A stretch of 64,000 nt of DNA from Collinsella sp. (GCA_048318985.1 DBFEBE010000082.1:3330-67329), one strand, 5' to 3'; counted from the first letter of the stretch, positions 31,549 through 42,333 are shown. A program made the numbers and translations. Notes: generated by a model not told the origin, from the letters alone.

Positions 31549-34047
31549 TTACTTGCGGCGGCGCTTCAGACCCGCGATGAGCGCTCCGGCGCCGGCGAGC
31601 GAGGTCGCGAGGATGCTCGCCAGGGCGGCGTCGCCCGTCTTGGGCAGGTCGTCCTTGTCCTGCTTTGCGGGCTTCTTGCCCTCTTCGGGCTTCGGGTCGG
31701 GATTCTTGGGCGCCTCCTGCTTGGTTCCGGGCTTGCGGGCCTCCAGGAAGGCCTCGTTCGCATCGGACAGGCGCTGGCTCATGTCCTCGATCTCGTGCTG
31801 CGTCACGCTTCCGGCCTGCGCCTTCTCGAGCATCGCCGCGGCCTCGTCGAGCGCGTCGGCGAGCGCGGAGCGGATGTCGGCGGTGACCCAGTGGGCCGTG
31901 GTGGGCACGTCCGTGCCGTCGGCGCTCACCTGGGCCGAGGCGAGCGTCTCGGTCCCGGTCGCCACGAGCTTGGTGAGCTCGGCGATCTGCTCTGCGGTCG
32001 CCTCATCGAAGTAGCCGTCCGGGAGGACGTAGCCGTACGCCTTGATGCAGGGGTTGTCGGCCTCGACGCCGTTCGCTTCGGCGGTCTCCGCGACCAGCGT
32101 GAAGTCGGCCCAGGACGCCTCCCCGGTCTCCTCATCCTCGGAGAACAGGAAGCTCTCGCCCTCGTTGACCACGGCGTTCGCGTAGTAGCTGGGCAGCGCG
32201 CGCTCGGCGGTCGTCTCCGCCATCGTCTCGGCGAGCCCGTAGATCTCGTCGTGCACCTCGTCCGTGTCGACCCAGGCCATCGCCTGCTCCCACGCCGTGT
32301 CCTCGTCGAGGCCCTGGGCGATGAGCTCGTCGCACTTGTCGTAGAGGTACTGGTCGCGGATGGCACGGTAGTGCACGCCCACGTAGTAGTCGTAGTACTT
32401 TTGGCGCATCGCCTCGCGCCCGGCCATGCCGGTCCCCACCTCCCAGGATGCGCGGTAGATTCCGTTTTGGTCCTGTTGGGTCATCACGACGGAGAAGCGC
32501 TGCCCGCCCTCGACGACGAGCGAGTCCTCCCCGAGTTCGACGGTGTGGTAGCCGCCCCACCCGAAGTCGCGCTTGACGGTGCGGACCAGTTCGCCGTCAT
32601 CGGGAAGCGCCGCTTCGTCGTCGAGCAGGTACACCTCGAAGGTGACCTCCGTGCCGGGGGCGGTCGTCTCGCATCCCAGCGTGCTGATCATCTCGCCGTT
32701 CTCGTCGGCCGTGAACACGTTCGCGACGCGCACCTCCGATTCGTTCCGGATCGTCTGGATGTCACCCGACGGCATGTAGTCGTACTGGTGGTTGTAGTAC
32801 TCCTCGTCTGCGCTCTCGATCGACTCGACCTTGAAGTCGAACGCCTGGGGGTCCGAGATCGTGGGGTCGTCGTAGGAGAGGTAGAAGTAGCCCGAGCCGT
32901 CCGTGCCCCAGCCGTCCGGCGTGCCGTTGGGGAACTCGCCGGTCGAGCCCCAGCTGTTCTTGACGATCCAGGCGCCGTCGCGCTGGGGACGGTGCGCTTC
33001 GTTCACCTCGCCGGTCTCGGGGTCAGGGTTGCCGAAGTTCTCGCGGGAGTAGTCGTCGTCCCAGCCGACGATGGTGACCGCGTGGTTGGCGCCCGCGTCG
33101 TAGTAGGTGTAGTGCGCCCACGTCTCGGTTTCGTTGTCGCCGGGGTTGATGAACGCGGTCTCGCTGATCTGACCGGGCTGCGAGTTGTCCGCACTGAAGC
33201 CGATGCACACGGCGCGACCGGCGTAGAGCTGTTCCTTGATGGCCTCGTTGGCCGCATCGACTGCGTCCCAGTTCTCGTTGAGGGCGTAGGCGCCGGGGGA
33301 GGGGAGCTGGACGGACTCCTCGAGCTCGAGGGCCTGCTCGAAGCGCTGCTCCTCGTCGACGCTCCAGTCGTCGTCGGCGCTGTAGCAGTAGTCAATCTCG
33401 TTGCCCTCGGCGTCCTTGATGGTCTGGATGATGCCCTGCTTGCCGCGGTAGGGGACGCTCTGCTCGGTGGTGGGGCCGATGCCGGAGGAGAAGAGCGACG
33501 AGCCGTACAGCGCGAAGCCGCCCGAGTTGAGCACGTCGCTGTCGTCGAGCAGGGAGATGAGGCCCTCGCCGGCCTGTCCGTCGGCGTCATCGTCCTCGGG
33601 CAGCGCATGGTAGGTGAACCAGGCGAGCTGGCGCTCGGAGAGGTCCGTGAGGGCCTCGGGCACCTCGATACCCTTGGTGTGGGCCTCGGACAGGATGCTC
33701 GTCTCGGATGCGGCGACCACGCCGAACGCCCAGCAGGTGCCCCACGGGTTCTGGAACTTCACGGGGGTGACGGCGTTGCCGTAGGCCTCGCTGTCGCGCA
33801 GGTCGAAGGCGGCGGGCAGCGCCTCGCCGTTGCTCATCAAGGAGACGGGCGAGCCGGTCCAGGCGAAGGGGTCGCCTCCCGAGACGATGCTCTCGACGGT
33901 GTGGACGTAATCGGATGAGATGCGCTGGGCGAGCGTTTCGGCCCCTGCCGCGGCCGGGGTACCGAGGATGCCTGCGAGCAGGATCGCAGATGCGGCGGCC
34001 CATCCCATATAGGTTCCGGGCTTGCGGCCGGGCGAGTAGATGCTCAT
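31549..34047 (-). CDS. Cell-wall-anchored papain-like (C1A) cysteine peptidase with lectin-like domain
   Basis: QNPWGTCWAF (Gln/Cys), NHAVTIVGWDD (His), WIVKNSWG (Asn); signal peptide; LPKTG + TM + KRRRK. Confidence 0.9.
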   Translation of the reverse strand: MSIYSPGRKPGTYMGWAAASAILLAGILGTPAAAGAETLAQRISSDYVHTVESIVSGGDPFAWTGSPVSLMSNGEALPAAFDLRDSEAYGNAVTPVKFQNPWGTCWAFGVVAASETSILSEAHTKGIEVPEALTDLSERQLAWFTYHALPEDDDADGQAGEGLISLLDDSDVLNSGGFALYGSSLFSSGIGPTTEQSVPYRGKQGIIQTIKDAEGNEIDYCYSADDDWSVDEEQRFEQALELEESVQLPSPGAYALNENWDAVDAANEAIKEQLYAGRAVCIGFSADNSQPGQISETAFINPGDNETETWAHYTYYDAGANHAVTIVGWDDDYSRENFGNPDPETGEVNEAHRPQRDGAWIVKNSWGSTGEFPNGTPDGWGTDGSGYFYLSYDDPTISDPQAFDFKVESIESADEEYYNHQYDYMPSGDIQTIRNESEVRVANVFTADENGEMISTLGCETTAPGTEVTFEVYLLDDEAALPDDGELVRTVKRDFGWGGYHTVELGEDSLVVEGGQRFSVVMTQQDQNGIYRASWEVGTGMAGREAMRQKYYDYYVGVHYRAIRDQYLYDKCDELIAQGLDEDTAWEQAMAWVDTDEVHDEIYGLAETMAETTAERALPSYYANAVVNEGESFLFSEDEETGEASWADFTLVAETAEANGVEADNPCIKAYGYVLPDGYFDEATAEQIAELTKLVATGTETLASAQVSADGTDVPTTAHWVTADIRSALADALDEAAAMLEKAQAGSVTQHEIEDMSQRLSDANEAFLEARKPGTKQEAPKNPDPKPEEGKKPAKQDKDDLPKTGDAALASILATSLAGAGALIAGLKRRRK

Positions 34048-34359
34048 GGTCCCTCCTGTGGATCTCGCGCCGGCTCGCGCTGGAGCGGGCGCGTGTGCAG
34101 CCAGATGCGATTACGGTATCGCGTGTGGCGTCGCTGCGCCCCGAGCATCGCGCGATGGGAATGAATGATAGCGATACGGTAACGAATGCCGAGGCGCGGA
34201 CGGCGATGGACGCCGCGCCGCCGCTTGGGGTGCGGCGGCAGGTAGCCCGTCGGCAAATCATGATTTTCGGGCACCGGGGCACGTCCCTGGCCGTGCGTGC
34301 GGCATGGCGTGCGTGTTTCTGCCCTGTAACGGTTCGCCGCCCCGCTCGGCCGCCTTAAG

Positions 34360-34379
34360 CACTCCACTAAACTAAAGCG
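34360..34379 (+). promoter_or_regulatory. Possible HisR-like operator overlapping a TAAACT -10 upstream of the his operon
   Basis: CACTCCACTAAACTAAAGCG resembles the CACTTTA-N6-TAAAGTG type motif; AT-rich patch about 70 bp before the hisZG start. Confidence 0.4.
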
Positions 34380-34447
34380 ACTTCCGGGCATCGGCGTCGA
34401 AGGGGCGCGTGCCCGGGCACGGCCGCACGAGAGGGGAGCATCCGCAG

Positions 34448-36172
34448 ATGACCGCCGCACCATGGGGATTCCGAGACATACTGCCCGACCAGGCGCAGGC
34501 GCGCGAGGACATCGCGCAGGCGGTGCGGGAGCATCTCAAGGGCAGCGGCTACCGCCCCATCGAGACGCCGCTGCTCGAGGACCAGACGGGCCTCTATGCG
34601 GGCGGCCGCGCGGCCGACACACCGTTTCGCCTCTTCGATGACGACGGACGCTTTTTGGTCGTCCGTCCCGACAACACCCTGCCCATCGTTCGCATCGTGC
34701 GCGCCCGCATGGCAGCGGGAGACCTCCCGCTGCGCTTGCGCTACGAGGCACCCGTCGTGCGCGCCGCCGCGCGCGACGCCGGCGCCACGCGCCAGTTCAC
34801 GCAGCTCGGCTTCGAGCTGATCGGCGTGAGCGCGCACAAGGGCGATGCGGAGGCGGTCCGGCTCGTGGCGGGCGCGCTCGCGAAACTCGGCGTGCCCGGA
34901 TGGCGGATCGTGTGCGGCAGCGTCCGTCCGTTCCGCGCCCTGCTGGAGGCATGCGGCGATGCCGAGCTCGCCGAGCGGGCGCTGGCAGACGTGCACGCCA
35001 ACGACTTCGTGGACCTGGACGCGCATGCGGCCGCGGCCGACCTGCCCGAGCCCATGCGCCGCGCGATCTGCGCCCTGCCGCGCGTCGCGGGCGGCGTCGA
35101 GGCGCTCGACCGGGTCGATGCGCTGCTGGAGGAGGCGGGCGTGGACGATTCGGCCACGGCCGAGCTGCGCGCGCTGCACGCGGACGCGTGCTCGGACCCG
35201 GCGATGGGCGGCGCGCTCTCCTTCGACTTCTCGCTCATGGGGTCCTTCGATTACTACACGGGCCTCGTCTTCAAGGCGTATGCGGCCGGCGCGTCCGACC
35301 CGGTGGGCTCCGGCGGCAGGTACGACCGCGTGTTCGACGGCGCTCTCGGCGCCCGGGGCGTCCCCGCAGCGGGTTTCGCCTTCTCGCTCGAGCGCCTTGA
35401 GCGCGCGCTGGGCGAGGCAGGCGGCCCCGCATCCGCCGGGACCGAGCCGGCCTCAGCCGCGGCGACCGCCGCATCCGCCTCCGCTTCCGCGCGGCGTCCC
35501 TTGCGCATCGCGGTCCCCAAGGGGTCGCTCAAGGAGGGCACCGTGCGCGCGCTCGAGGCTGCCGGCTTCGACGCCTCGGCGTTCGTCGACGCGGGGCGCC
35601 ACCTCATCGTGGAGGCGCCCGACCGCGCGGCGGCCGGCACCGCGGGCGACCTGGGAACCCTCGAGCTCGTGATCGTGCGCGCCCAGGACGCCCCCGCCTT
35701 CGTGGCCTGCGGCGGGGCCGATTGCGGCATCTGCGGCCGGGACTCGCTCATCGAGGCGGGGCTCGACGTCCTGCAGCTCGCCGACCTGGGGTTCGGCGGC
35801 TGCCGCTTCATCGAGGCGGAGCCCGCTGCGTGCGTCCGCGCGCAGCGTGCGGAGCGCTCCTACGCCCGCACCGGGGTGCTGCGCGTCGCCACGAAGTACC
35901 CGCGCATCGCCCGCGCCTGGTACGAGCGCCGGGGCGTCAACGCCGAGATCGTTTCCCTGCACGGCAACATCGAGCTCGGGCCGATCGTGGGCATGGCCGA
36001 CCGCATCGTGGACATCACCGCCACGGGCACGACCCTGCGCGAGAACGATCTGGTCGTGACGGGGGAGCTGGTGGAGTGCACCGCGCGGCTCTTCGTCAAC
36101 CCGGGGCGCGCCCGCACCGACGCGCGCGTGCGCGAGCTCGTGCGCCGACTCATCGCAACAGGAGAGGAGTGA
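34448..36172 (+). CDS. hisZG: Fused HisZ (regulatory subunit) + short-form HisG ATP phosphoribosyltransferase
   Basis: N-half PWGFRD, VRPDNT, RQFTQLGFELIG, YYTGLVF, GSGGRYD (HisZ); Ala-rich linker; C-half LRIAVPKG, DCGICGRD, RVATKYP, HGNIELGP, IVDITATGTTLREN (HisG); no stop between them. Confidence 0.9.
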   Translation: MTAAPWGFRDILPDQAQAREDIAQAVREHLKGSGYRPIETPLLEDQTGLYAGGRAADTPFRLFDDDGRFLVVRPDNTLPIVRIVRARMAAGDLPLRLRYEAPVVRAAARDAGATRQFTQLGFELIGVSAHKGDAEAVRLVAGALAKLGVPGWRIVCGSVRPFRALLEACGDAELAERALADVHANDFVDLDAHAAAADLPEPMRRAICALPRVAGGVEALDRVDALLEEAGVDDSATAELRALHADACSDPAMGGALSFDFSLMGSFDYYTGLVFKAYAAGASDPVGSGGRYDRVFDGALGARGVPAAGFAFSLERLERALGEAGGPASAGTEPASAAATAASASASARRPLRIAVPKGSLKEGTVRALEAAGFDASAFVDAGRHLIVEAPDRAAAGTAGDLGTLELVIVRAQDAPAFVACGGADCGICGRDSLIEAGLDVLQLADLGFGGCRFIEAEPAACVRAQRAERSYARTGVLRVATKYPRIARAWYERRGVNAEIVSLHGNIELGPIVGMADRIVDITATGTTLRENDLVVTGELVECTARLFVNPGRARTDARVRELVRRLIATGEE

Positions 36173-37584
36173 TGGCCATGAGGACCATCTCGCTGGCGCC
36201 CGGAGAGCGCCTCGTCATCGACCAGCTCAGCCGCAAGGGCGTGCTTCCCGCTCGTATCCAGGAGGCCGCCCGCGACATCGTGGACGCGGTCCGCGCGGGC
36301 GGCGATGTCGCCCTGCGCCGCTTCTGCCGGGAATTCGACGGCGTGGACCTGGAGAGCTTCCGCGTGCCCGCCGAGCGCGTCGACGCGGCGCTCGAGGGGC
36401 TCGATGCCGCCTTCGTCGCCGCACTCGAGAAGGCCGCTTCCCAGATCCGCGCCTTCCACGAGCGCGAGGTCGCGCAGTCGTGGTTCACGACGCGCGAGGA
36501 CGGCACGATGCTCGGCGTGAAGGTGACGCCGCTTGCCGCCGCGGGCATCTACGTGCCGGGCGGTCGCGCCCAGTACCCCTCCACGGTGCTCATGAACGCC
36601 ATCCCCGCGAAGGTCGCCGGGGTGGAGCGCGTGGTGATGGTGACGCCCCCGCAGCGCGACGGCCTCATCTCCGCCGCCACGCTCGCGGCGGCCAAGGTGG
36701 CCGGGGTGGATGAGATCTATCTGGTTGGTGGCGCGCAGGCGGTCGCCGCGCTCGCCTACGGCACGGAGTCCATCCCCCGCGTCGAGAAGATCACGGGCCC
36801 GGGCAACGCCTACGTGGCGGCGGCCAAGCAGGCGGTCTCGGGCGATGTGGGCATCGACATGGTTGCCGGCCCCTCCGAGGTGTGCGTGCTGGCGGACGCC
36901 ACCGCGAACCCCATGGTGGTCGCGGCCGACCTCATGGCCCAGGCCGAGCACGACCCGCTGGCGGCGTGCTACCTCGTCACCTGCGACGCGGATTTCGCAC
37001 GCGAGGTCGAGGCGGCCGTGGAGCAGCTCTGCGCGCAGAGCCCCCGTGCCGACATCACCCGCGCGTCCCTTGCGAACGAGGGCACGATCGTGATCGCGGC
37101 GGACATGGATGCCGCCGTGGGCGCCGTGAACACAGTGGCCCCGGAGCACCTCGAGCTGCACTGCGCCGACGCGCTCGGCCTTCTGGGCAAGATCCGCAAC
37201 GCGGGCGCCATCTTCGTGGGCGCCTGGAGCTCCGAGCCTTTGGGCGATTACGTCGCGGGCCCCAACCACACCCTGCCGACCGGGGGCACGGCGACGTTTT
37301 CCAGCCCGCTGTCGGTCGAGGACTTCGTCAAGCGTTCCTCCGTGGTGTGCTACACGCCTGCCGGACTTATGGCCGATGCGCCCGCGACGCAGCGCATGGC
37401 CTGCGCTGAAGGGCTGTGGGCGCACGGCCTCTCGGTGGGCCTGCGCCGTCGCTCGCTCGAGCTGGGCGAGGCGGCGGTGAGCGCCGCGGGGCTCGCCGAC
37501 GTGGACCTGGGGAAGGTCGCGTGGCCGGTCGACGACGCGGCGACGGTCGCCGTCGGCGCCCGTCCGTGCGGGGAGGTGGGCTAG
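36172..37584 (+). CDS. hisD: Histidinol dehydrogenase
   Basis: GIYVPGG, KITGPGNAYV, IDMVAGPSE, QAEHD, APEHLE, GDYVAGPNHTLPT. Confidence 0.96.
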   Translation: MAMRTISLAPGERLVIDQLSRKGVLPARIQEAARDIVDAVRAGGDVALRRFCREFDGVDLESFRVPAERVDAALEGLDAAFVAALEKAASQIRAFHEREVAQSWFTTREDGTMLGVKVTPLAAAGIYVPGGRAQYPSTVLMNAIPAKVAGVERVVMVTPPQRDGLISAATLAAAKVAGVDEIYLVGGAQAVAALAYGTESIPRVEKITGPGNAYVAAAKQAVSGDVGIDMVAGPSEVCVLADATANPMVVAADLMAQAEHDPLAACYLVTCDADFAREVEAAVEQLCAQSPRADITRASLANEGTIVIAADMDAAVGAVNTVAPEHLELHCADALGLLGKIRNAGAIFVGAWSSEPLGDYVAGPNHTLPTGGTATFSSPLSVEDFVKRSSVVCYTPAGLMADAPATQRMACAEGLWAHGLSVGLRRRSLELGEAAVSAAGLADVDLGKVAWPVDDAATVAVGARPCGEVG

Positions 37585-37585
37585 C

Positions 37586-38677
37586 GTGGCGCGCCTGTCC
37601 GACCGCGTACGGGCCCTCGTCCAGCCGCACCTGGCCGACATCGAGCCGTACGACCCCAATTTCACGCCCTGCCGCATCAACCTCTCCGCGAACGAGAACA
37701 CCTACCCTGTGCCCGACGGGGTGCGCGAGCGGGTGGACGCCGCCCTGGCGTCCACGCCGCTCAACCGCTACCCCGACCCGATGGCGCATGCCCTGCGCGC
37801 CGAGATCGCCGCGCGGCACGGGGTCGCGCCCGCGTGCGTCTGCGTGGGCAACGGCGGCGACGAGCTGCTCTACAACTTCCTGCTCGCCTTCGGCGGGCGC
37901 GCGTCCCAGCTGCTCGTCTGCCCGCCGTGCTTCTCGGAGTACGAGTTTTTCGCCTCGCTCACCCAGACGCCGGTCCGCCGCGCGGGCCGCGATCCGCGCA
38001 CGTTCGAGCTGGACGAGGAGGCGGTGCTCGCATCGGCGCACTGGTCGAAGCTCGCGGTGGTCACCTCGCCCAACAACCCGACGGGAGGCCTCGTCCCGCT
38101 GCCCTTCGTGGAGCGCCTGTGCCACGTCTGCCGCGGCCTGGTGATGGTGGACGAGGCCTATATCGAGTTCGCGGGCGAGGACGCCTCGGCCGCCCGGCTG
38201 CTCGACCGCCATCCCAACCTGGTCGTGCTGCGCACGCTGTCCAAGGCGTTCGGCGCCGCGGGGATCCGTTGCGGCTACGTGCTGGCGGCTCCCGATGTGA
38301 TCGAGGCGTTCGCCGCGGTGCGCCAGATCTACTCGGTGAACGTGCTGAGCCAGGCGGCGGCGCTCGCGCTCGTGGAGTCCCGCGCGGAGTTCGCGCCGGT
38401 CGTGGGGCGTATCGTCGCCGAGCGGGAGCGCATGTTCGCCGCGCTCTCCGCCGACCCGCGCGTGAAGGTGTGGCCCAGCCGTGCGAACTTCCTGCTCGTC
38501 CGCATGCCGATGGCGAGCCGCATCCGCGAGCGGCTGCGCGACGAGTACTCTATGCTGGTGCGTGACTTCTCCTATGCGCCCGGGCTTGAGGGGTGCCTGC
38601 GCATCACGGTCGGGACACCGGAGGAAAACGACGAGGTTCTGGCGGCGCTGTCCGCGCTGCTGGACGAGGAGGCGTGA
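37586..38677 (+). CDS. hisC: Histidinol-phosphate aminotransferase
   Basis: LSANEN, NRYPD, GNGGDE, SPNNPTG, VDEAY, RTLSKAFG (PLP lysine). Confidence 0.95.
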   Translation: MARLSDRVRALVQPHLADIEPYDPNFTPCRINLSANENTYPVPDGVRERVDAALASTPLNRYPDPMAHALRAEIAARHGVAPACVCVGNGGDELLYNFLLAFGGRASQLLVCPPCFSEYEFFASLTQTPVRRAGRDPRTFELDEEAVLASAHWSKLAVVTSPNNPTGGLVPLPFVERLCHVCRGLVMVDEAYIEFAGEDASAARLLDRHPNLVVLRTLSKAFGAAGIRCGYVLAAPDVIEAFAAVRQIYSVNVLSQAAALALVESRAEFAPVVGRIVAERERMFAALSADPRVKVWPSRANFLLVRMPMASRIRERLRDEYSMLVRDFSYAPGLEGCLRITVGTPEENDEVLAALSALLDEEA

Positions 38678-38680
38678 GAA

Positions 38681-39349
38681 ATGACCGTGTACCGCAAGCC
38701 CGCGACCGTCGTCGCGGCGGTGGCCCCATCCGGCAAGGCGTCGACCGAGGAGGGCTCCGCGCCCGCGCGCCGCGCGCGCGTGACCCGCACGACCGGGGAG
38801 ACCGATATCGCGATCGACCTGAACCTGGACGGCGCCGGTGCCTGCGACATCGAGACCGGGGTGCCCTTCTTCGACCACATGCTCAACGCGTTCGGCCGTC
38901 ACGGGCTGTTCGACCTCACGGTCCGCGCCGTCGGCGACACCGAGGTCGACGCGCACCACACCGTGGAGGACACAGGCATCGTCCTGGGCCAGGCGTTCGC
39001 GCAGGCCTTGGGCGACAAGGCGGGCATCGGCCGCTTCGCCGACGCGGCGATCCCCATGGACGAGACCCTCGTCATGGCGGCGGTGGACATCTCCGGGCGC
39101 GGACAGGCCTACTGCGACCTGCCGGTTCCCACCGAGCGCGTGGGCACCTTCGACACCGAGCTCGCGGTGGAGTTCTTCTACGCGTTCGCGCGCGACGCCG
39201 GCGTGACGCTGCACGTGCGCGAGCTGGCGGGCGGCAATTCCCATCACATCATCGAGGCGGCCTTCAAGGCCGCGGGTCGTGCGATGCGCCGTGCCTGCGA
39301 GCACGATCCGCGCGTGGCGGGCGTGCCCTCCACGAAGGGCGCGCTCTAA
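38681..39349 (+). CDS. hisB: Imidazoleglycerol-phosphate dehydratase
   Basis: RTTGETDI, FFDHML, DAHHTVED, PMDE, NSHHIIEAAFKA, PSTKGAL. Confidence 0.96.
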   Translation: MTVYRKPATVVAAVAPSGKASTEEGSAPARRARVTRTTGETDIAIDLNLDGAGACDIETGVPFFDHMLNAFGRHGLFDLTVRAVGDTEVDAHHTVEDTGIVLGQAFAQALGDKAGIGRFADAAIPMDETLVMAAVDISGRGQAYCDLPVPTERVGTFDTELAVEFFYAFARDAGVTLHVRELAGGNSHHIIEAAFKAAGRAMRRACEHDPRVAGVPSTKGAL

Positions 39350-39474
39350 GACAGGGCTCGGTTCCGTCCGGCGCGTTGCGTGCGGCGAGGCGGGCGGGCC
39401 GGGGATGAACGAGATACACGCCCCCCACCCGCCGTGCGCGGGCCGGGGATGCGAGCGGAAGGGAGCGGGTGCCC

Positions 39475-40203
39475 ATGGCGGCTTCGCCCAAGATCGTCGT
39501 GATCGACTACCACAAGGGCAACCTCTCGAGCGTCGCCCGCGGGCTTGCCCGCGCGGGCGCCGAGGTCGAGGTCTCGGACGACCCCGCCGCCCTCGCGCAC
39601 GCGGACGGCATCGTGCTGCCCGGCGTGGGGTCGTTTGCCGACGCCATCGCCCATATGGCGGAAAGCGGCCAGGCCGCCGCGGTCGTCGAGGAGGTCGCGG
39701 GCGGAGAGGGCACGCCCTTTCTGGGCATCTGCTTGGGGCTGCAGCTGCTGTTCGAGCGCGGAGACGAGGGCGTATCCCCGGATGCCCCGGTATTATCGTG
39801 CGCGCTCGACGCGCGCGGCGGCCTGGGGCCGGGTGCGGCGTTCGAGGCGGACGGCTCGCGCTGGGTGCGCGGCCTCGGCGTGCTTCCGGGCAGCTGCACG
39901 CGCCTCGTCTCGTCCCGCCTGAAGGTGCCGCACGTGGGCTGGGACCAGGTGCACCTTACCGAGGCGGGCCGGGTATGCCCGCTGCTCGAGGGCTTCGCCG
40001 AGGGCGCCAACGTGTTCTTCACGCACTCCTATGCGCTCGCCGGCGACGTCGATCCCGCCGACGTCGCCGGCGTGACGCACTACGCCCGCAACTTCGCCTC
40101 GGCGGTCTGGCGCGGCAACGTGTTCGGCTGCCAGTTCCACCCCGAGAAGTCCTCCGCCCACGGGCACCTCATCCTGGAGAACTTCGTCCGCATCTGCTCG
40201 TAA
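39475..40203 (+). CDS. hisH: Imidazole glycerol phosphate synthase, glutaminase subunit
   Basis: GNLSSV, LPGVGSF, GICLGLQ, VPHVGW, QFHPEKS. Confidence 0.95.
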   Translation: MAASPKIVVIDYHKGNLSSVARGLARAGAEVEVSDDPAALAHADGIVLPGVGSFADAIAHMAESGQAAAVVEEVAGGEGTPFLGICLGLQLLFERGDEGVSPDAPVLSCALDARGGLGPGAAFEADGSRWVRGLGVLPGSCTRLVSSRLKVPHVGWDQVHLTEAGRVCPLLEGFAEGANVFFTHSYALAGDVDPADVAGVTHYARNFASAVWRGNVFGCQFHPEKSSAHGHLILENFVRICS

Positions 40204-40441
40204 GGGGAGCATGCGGCGGGGCGCCTCCGCCGCGCGCCCGTCGGCGGCCTTCCGGTCCGGGCTTGCCGCCCGTCCTCCGGCCGTCCGGCCCGTGCGCACC
40301 GTCCTTTCGGTCCGCGTCCACCGTCCGTCCAGCGGTCTGGGATGCGTCGCCGTATCGGACCGCTCGGGTTCGCGCCCGGGCAGCGCTCCTGCGCCGTCTG
40401 CCCGTCTCTTCCTCTCTATCCGATACCAAGGAGGTATCACC

Positions 40442-41185
40442 TTGATCCTGTTTCCCGCCATCGACCTCATCGACGGCAAGGTCGTGCGCCTCGAGCGGGG
40501 CGACCGGAGCCGCATGACGGTCTACTCGGACGACCCCGTCGCCGTGGCGCGCTCGTTTGCCGACGCCGGCGCGCGCTGGGTGCACGTGGTCGACCTGTCC
40601 GCCGCGTTCGGGGAGGACGAGCCCGCCCGTGCGGCCAACCTGCGCGCCATCCGGGCGATCTGCGGCATCGAGGGCCTCTCGGTCGACGCGGGCGGCGGCG
40701 TGCGGTCGCTCGCCCGCATCGATGAGCTCGCAGCCGCCGGTGCCGCCCGCATCGCGCTCGGCACCGTGCTCGTGACCGAACCCGGGTTCGCCGAGGTGGC
40801 CGCCCGCGGCTTCGGCGAGCTGCTCGTCGCCGACATCGCCGCGCGCGAGGGCCAGGTCAAGGTCAACGGTTGGCGCGACGGGGTGCAACGCGAGGCGCTC
40901 GACCTCGTCGCCGAGCTTGCGGCGCTGGGGTTCAAGCACCTCGTGTTCACCGATATCGCCCGCGACGGCATGCAGACGGGCATCGACGTGGACGCCTACC
41001 GCGCCATCGCCCGGACCGCCGGCTTTCCCGTGGTCGCCTCGGGCGGCATCTCGACGCTCGACGATATCCGCCGGCTCGCGGCCGCCGGCGACGGCGTCAT
41101 CGAGGGCGCCATCACCGGCCGCGCGCTCTACGAGGGGTCCTTCGCGCTGGAGGACGCGCTGGCGGCGGCGGAAGGGGGGAGGTAG
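40442..41185 (+). CDS. hisA: ProFAR isomerase
   Basis: TTG start after [43 protein letters not shown]. Confidence 0.94.
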   Translation: MILFPAIDLIDGKVVRLERGDRSRMTVYSDDPVAVARSFADAGARWVHVVDLSAAFGEDEPARAANLRAIRAICGIEGLSVDAGGGVRSLARIDELAAAGAARIALGTVLVTEPGFAEVAARGFGELLVADIAAREGQVKVNGWRDGVQREALDLVAELAALGFKHLVFTDIARDGMQTGIDVDAYRAIARTAGFPVVASGGISTLDDIRRLAAAGDGVIEGAITGRALYEGSFALEDALAAAEGGR

Positions 41186-41188
41186 CCC

Positions 41189-41970
<782 letters not shown>

Positions 41971-41974
<4 letters not shown>

Positions 41975-42291
41975 GCATCGACGAGCTTTCCTTCGACGGG
42001 CGGGGCCTTATCCCCTGCGTGGTGCAGCAGCACGACACCGGGGAGGTGCTCATGGTGGCGTGGATGAACGCCGAGTCGCTGCGCCTCACGCTCGAGACGG
42101 GTACGACCTGGTTCTGGAGCCGCAGCCGCCAAGAGCTTTGGAACAAGGGGGCGACGAGCGGCAACATGCAGCGGCTCGTGTCGATTTCGGCGGACTGCGA
42201 CGGCGACACGCTGCTCGCGCGCGTCGATTCGCCCGGGCCGGCGTGCCACACGGGCAGCCGGAGCTGCTTTTTCAATACGGTCGAAGCGTAA
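41971..42291 (+). CDS. hisI: Phosphoribosyl-AMP cyclohydrolase
   Basis: [31 protein letters not shown]. Confidence 0.95.
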
Positions 42292-42333
42292 GGGCGGCTG
42301 CGGGCCGTCGGGATGAGGCAAGGAGATACAGCC

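Noticed and set aside
34048..34447. T-box or His leader-peptide attenuator; also a 12-bp IR at 34111-34122 / 34171-34182
   Set aside because: No T-box consensus or His-codon run; the short IR is too weak to call.
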